From assembly GCF_963921235.1 (NCBI RefSeq), contig NC_086108.1:21948001-22012000 (forward strand): a DNA stretch of 64,000 nt, given 5' to 3'. Numbering within the stretch: position 1 is the stretch's first letter; each line of letters opens with the position of its first letter. Under the pieces are notes generated by a model. It saw only the letters and a program-made list of their open reading frames with translations, was not told the origin of the DNA and did no database searches. Source of the DNA: Mobula hypostoma (taxonomy: Eukaryota). A program made the position numbers and the translations under genes. Shown here piece by piece: positions 63,441 through 64,000 of this stretch.

Positions 63441-64000
63441 TGCGATCCAGTCTTTGGATCAGGGAAAGATTGCTTGCATTAAAAGGATTATTGATCAAGC
63501 CAATCATGCTGTGACACTGATTTATTTTTATGTATCTGCTTCCTGTCCCATGTTCTCCATATCATATTGAAGGAAAGGATTTTAAAGGTGGTTTCATATG
63601 GGCATATTGGCACTGCCACTGTCTGTTCAGATACCCGTGCATTCTTGGGAGTATAGTATTGGGTAAGGAAGAAATCCTAGAAAGGTGGCAGAAAACTAAA
63701 TGGATACTTTGCATTGTTTCTCCTCTTCCCCATTTGATTATCAAGCCTGATTCTCTTGATGCATGTAACTCAACCACATATCTGCCTCTCTACTCAAGCA
63801 TGGAAGCTGAGAGTTATTTTAAAGAAAGATTAGTTTTGAAGTAAAAAAAAACTGTTGACAGTTCCAAAGAAAGTGGCTTTGGAGTAAGTCCCATTTATAT
63901 TTATTGATTCAGGATTTTAAAATATATTTAATCATTGTGATCCTGCAATTCCCTTCAAGTCACAGTCCAATTAATCTTCACCAATTCTTTCCATTAAACT

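Noticed and set aside
56334..64000. Following RASAL2 exon (SPRRRSIS-type peptide)
   Set aside because: No matching peptide with splice sites was seen. Probably downstream of the window.

Overview
Repeat-rich vertebrate intronic DNA. The repeat families suggest a cartilaginous fish, probably a ray (inference). The window lies inside a plus-strand RASAL2 (nGAP) gene. One clear 127-bp coding exon is present (24453-24579), plus two candidate phase-1 alternative first coding exons (35057-35087 and 56303-56327). The rest is mostly transposons, often nested: CR1 LINEs, Rex1/Babar-type LINEs, Penelope-like elements (PLEs), Tc1 and Tigger derivatives, a tRNA-derived SINE, and a very young, internally deleted Gmr1-like (SCAN-gag) Gypsy LTR element with 843-bp LTRs, a CTAG target-site duplication (TSD) and a tRNA-Pro primer-binding site (PBS). 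Most notable: (1) a minimal hammerhead-ribozyme motif in at least six PLE termini, every copy mutated, largely at CpG sites; (2) TSD-bounded inverted PLE insertions; (3) a composite element whose ends are two inverted ~70-bp hairpin mini-transposons; (4) a Tigger derivative with a ~630-bp internal foldback; (5) an isolated pre-miRNA-sized hairpin. Repeat boundaries were read by eye and are approximate unless a TSD is given.
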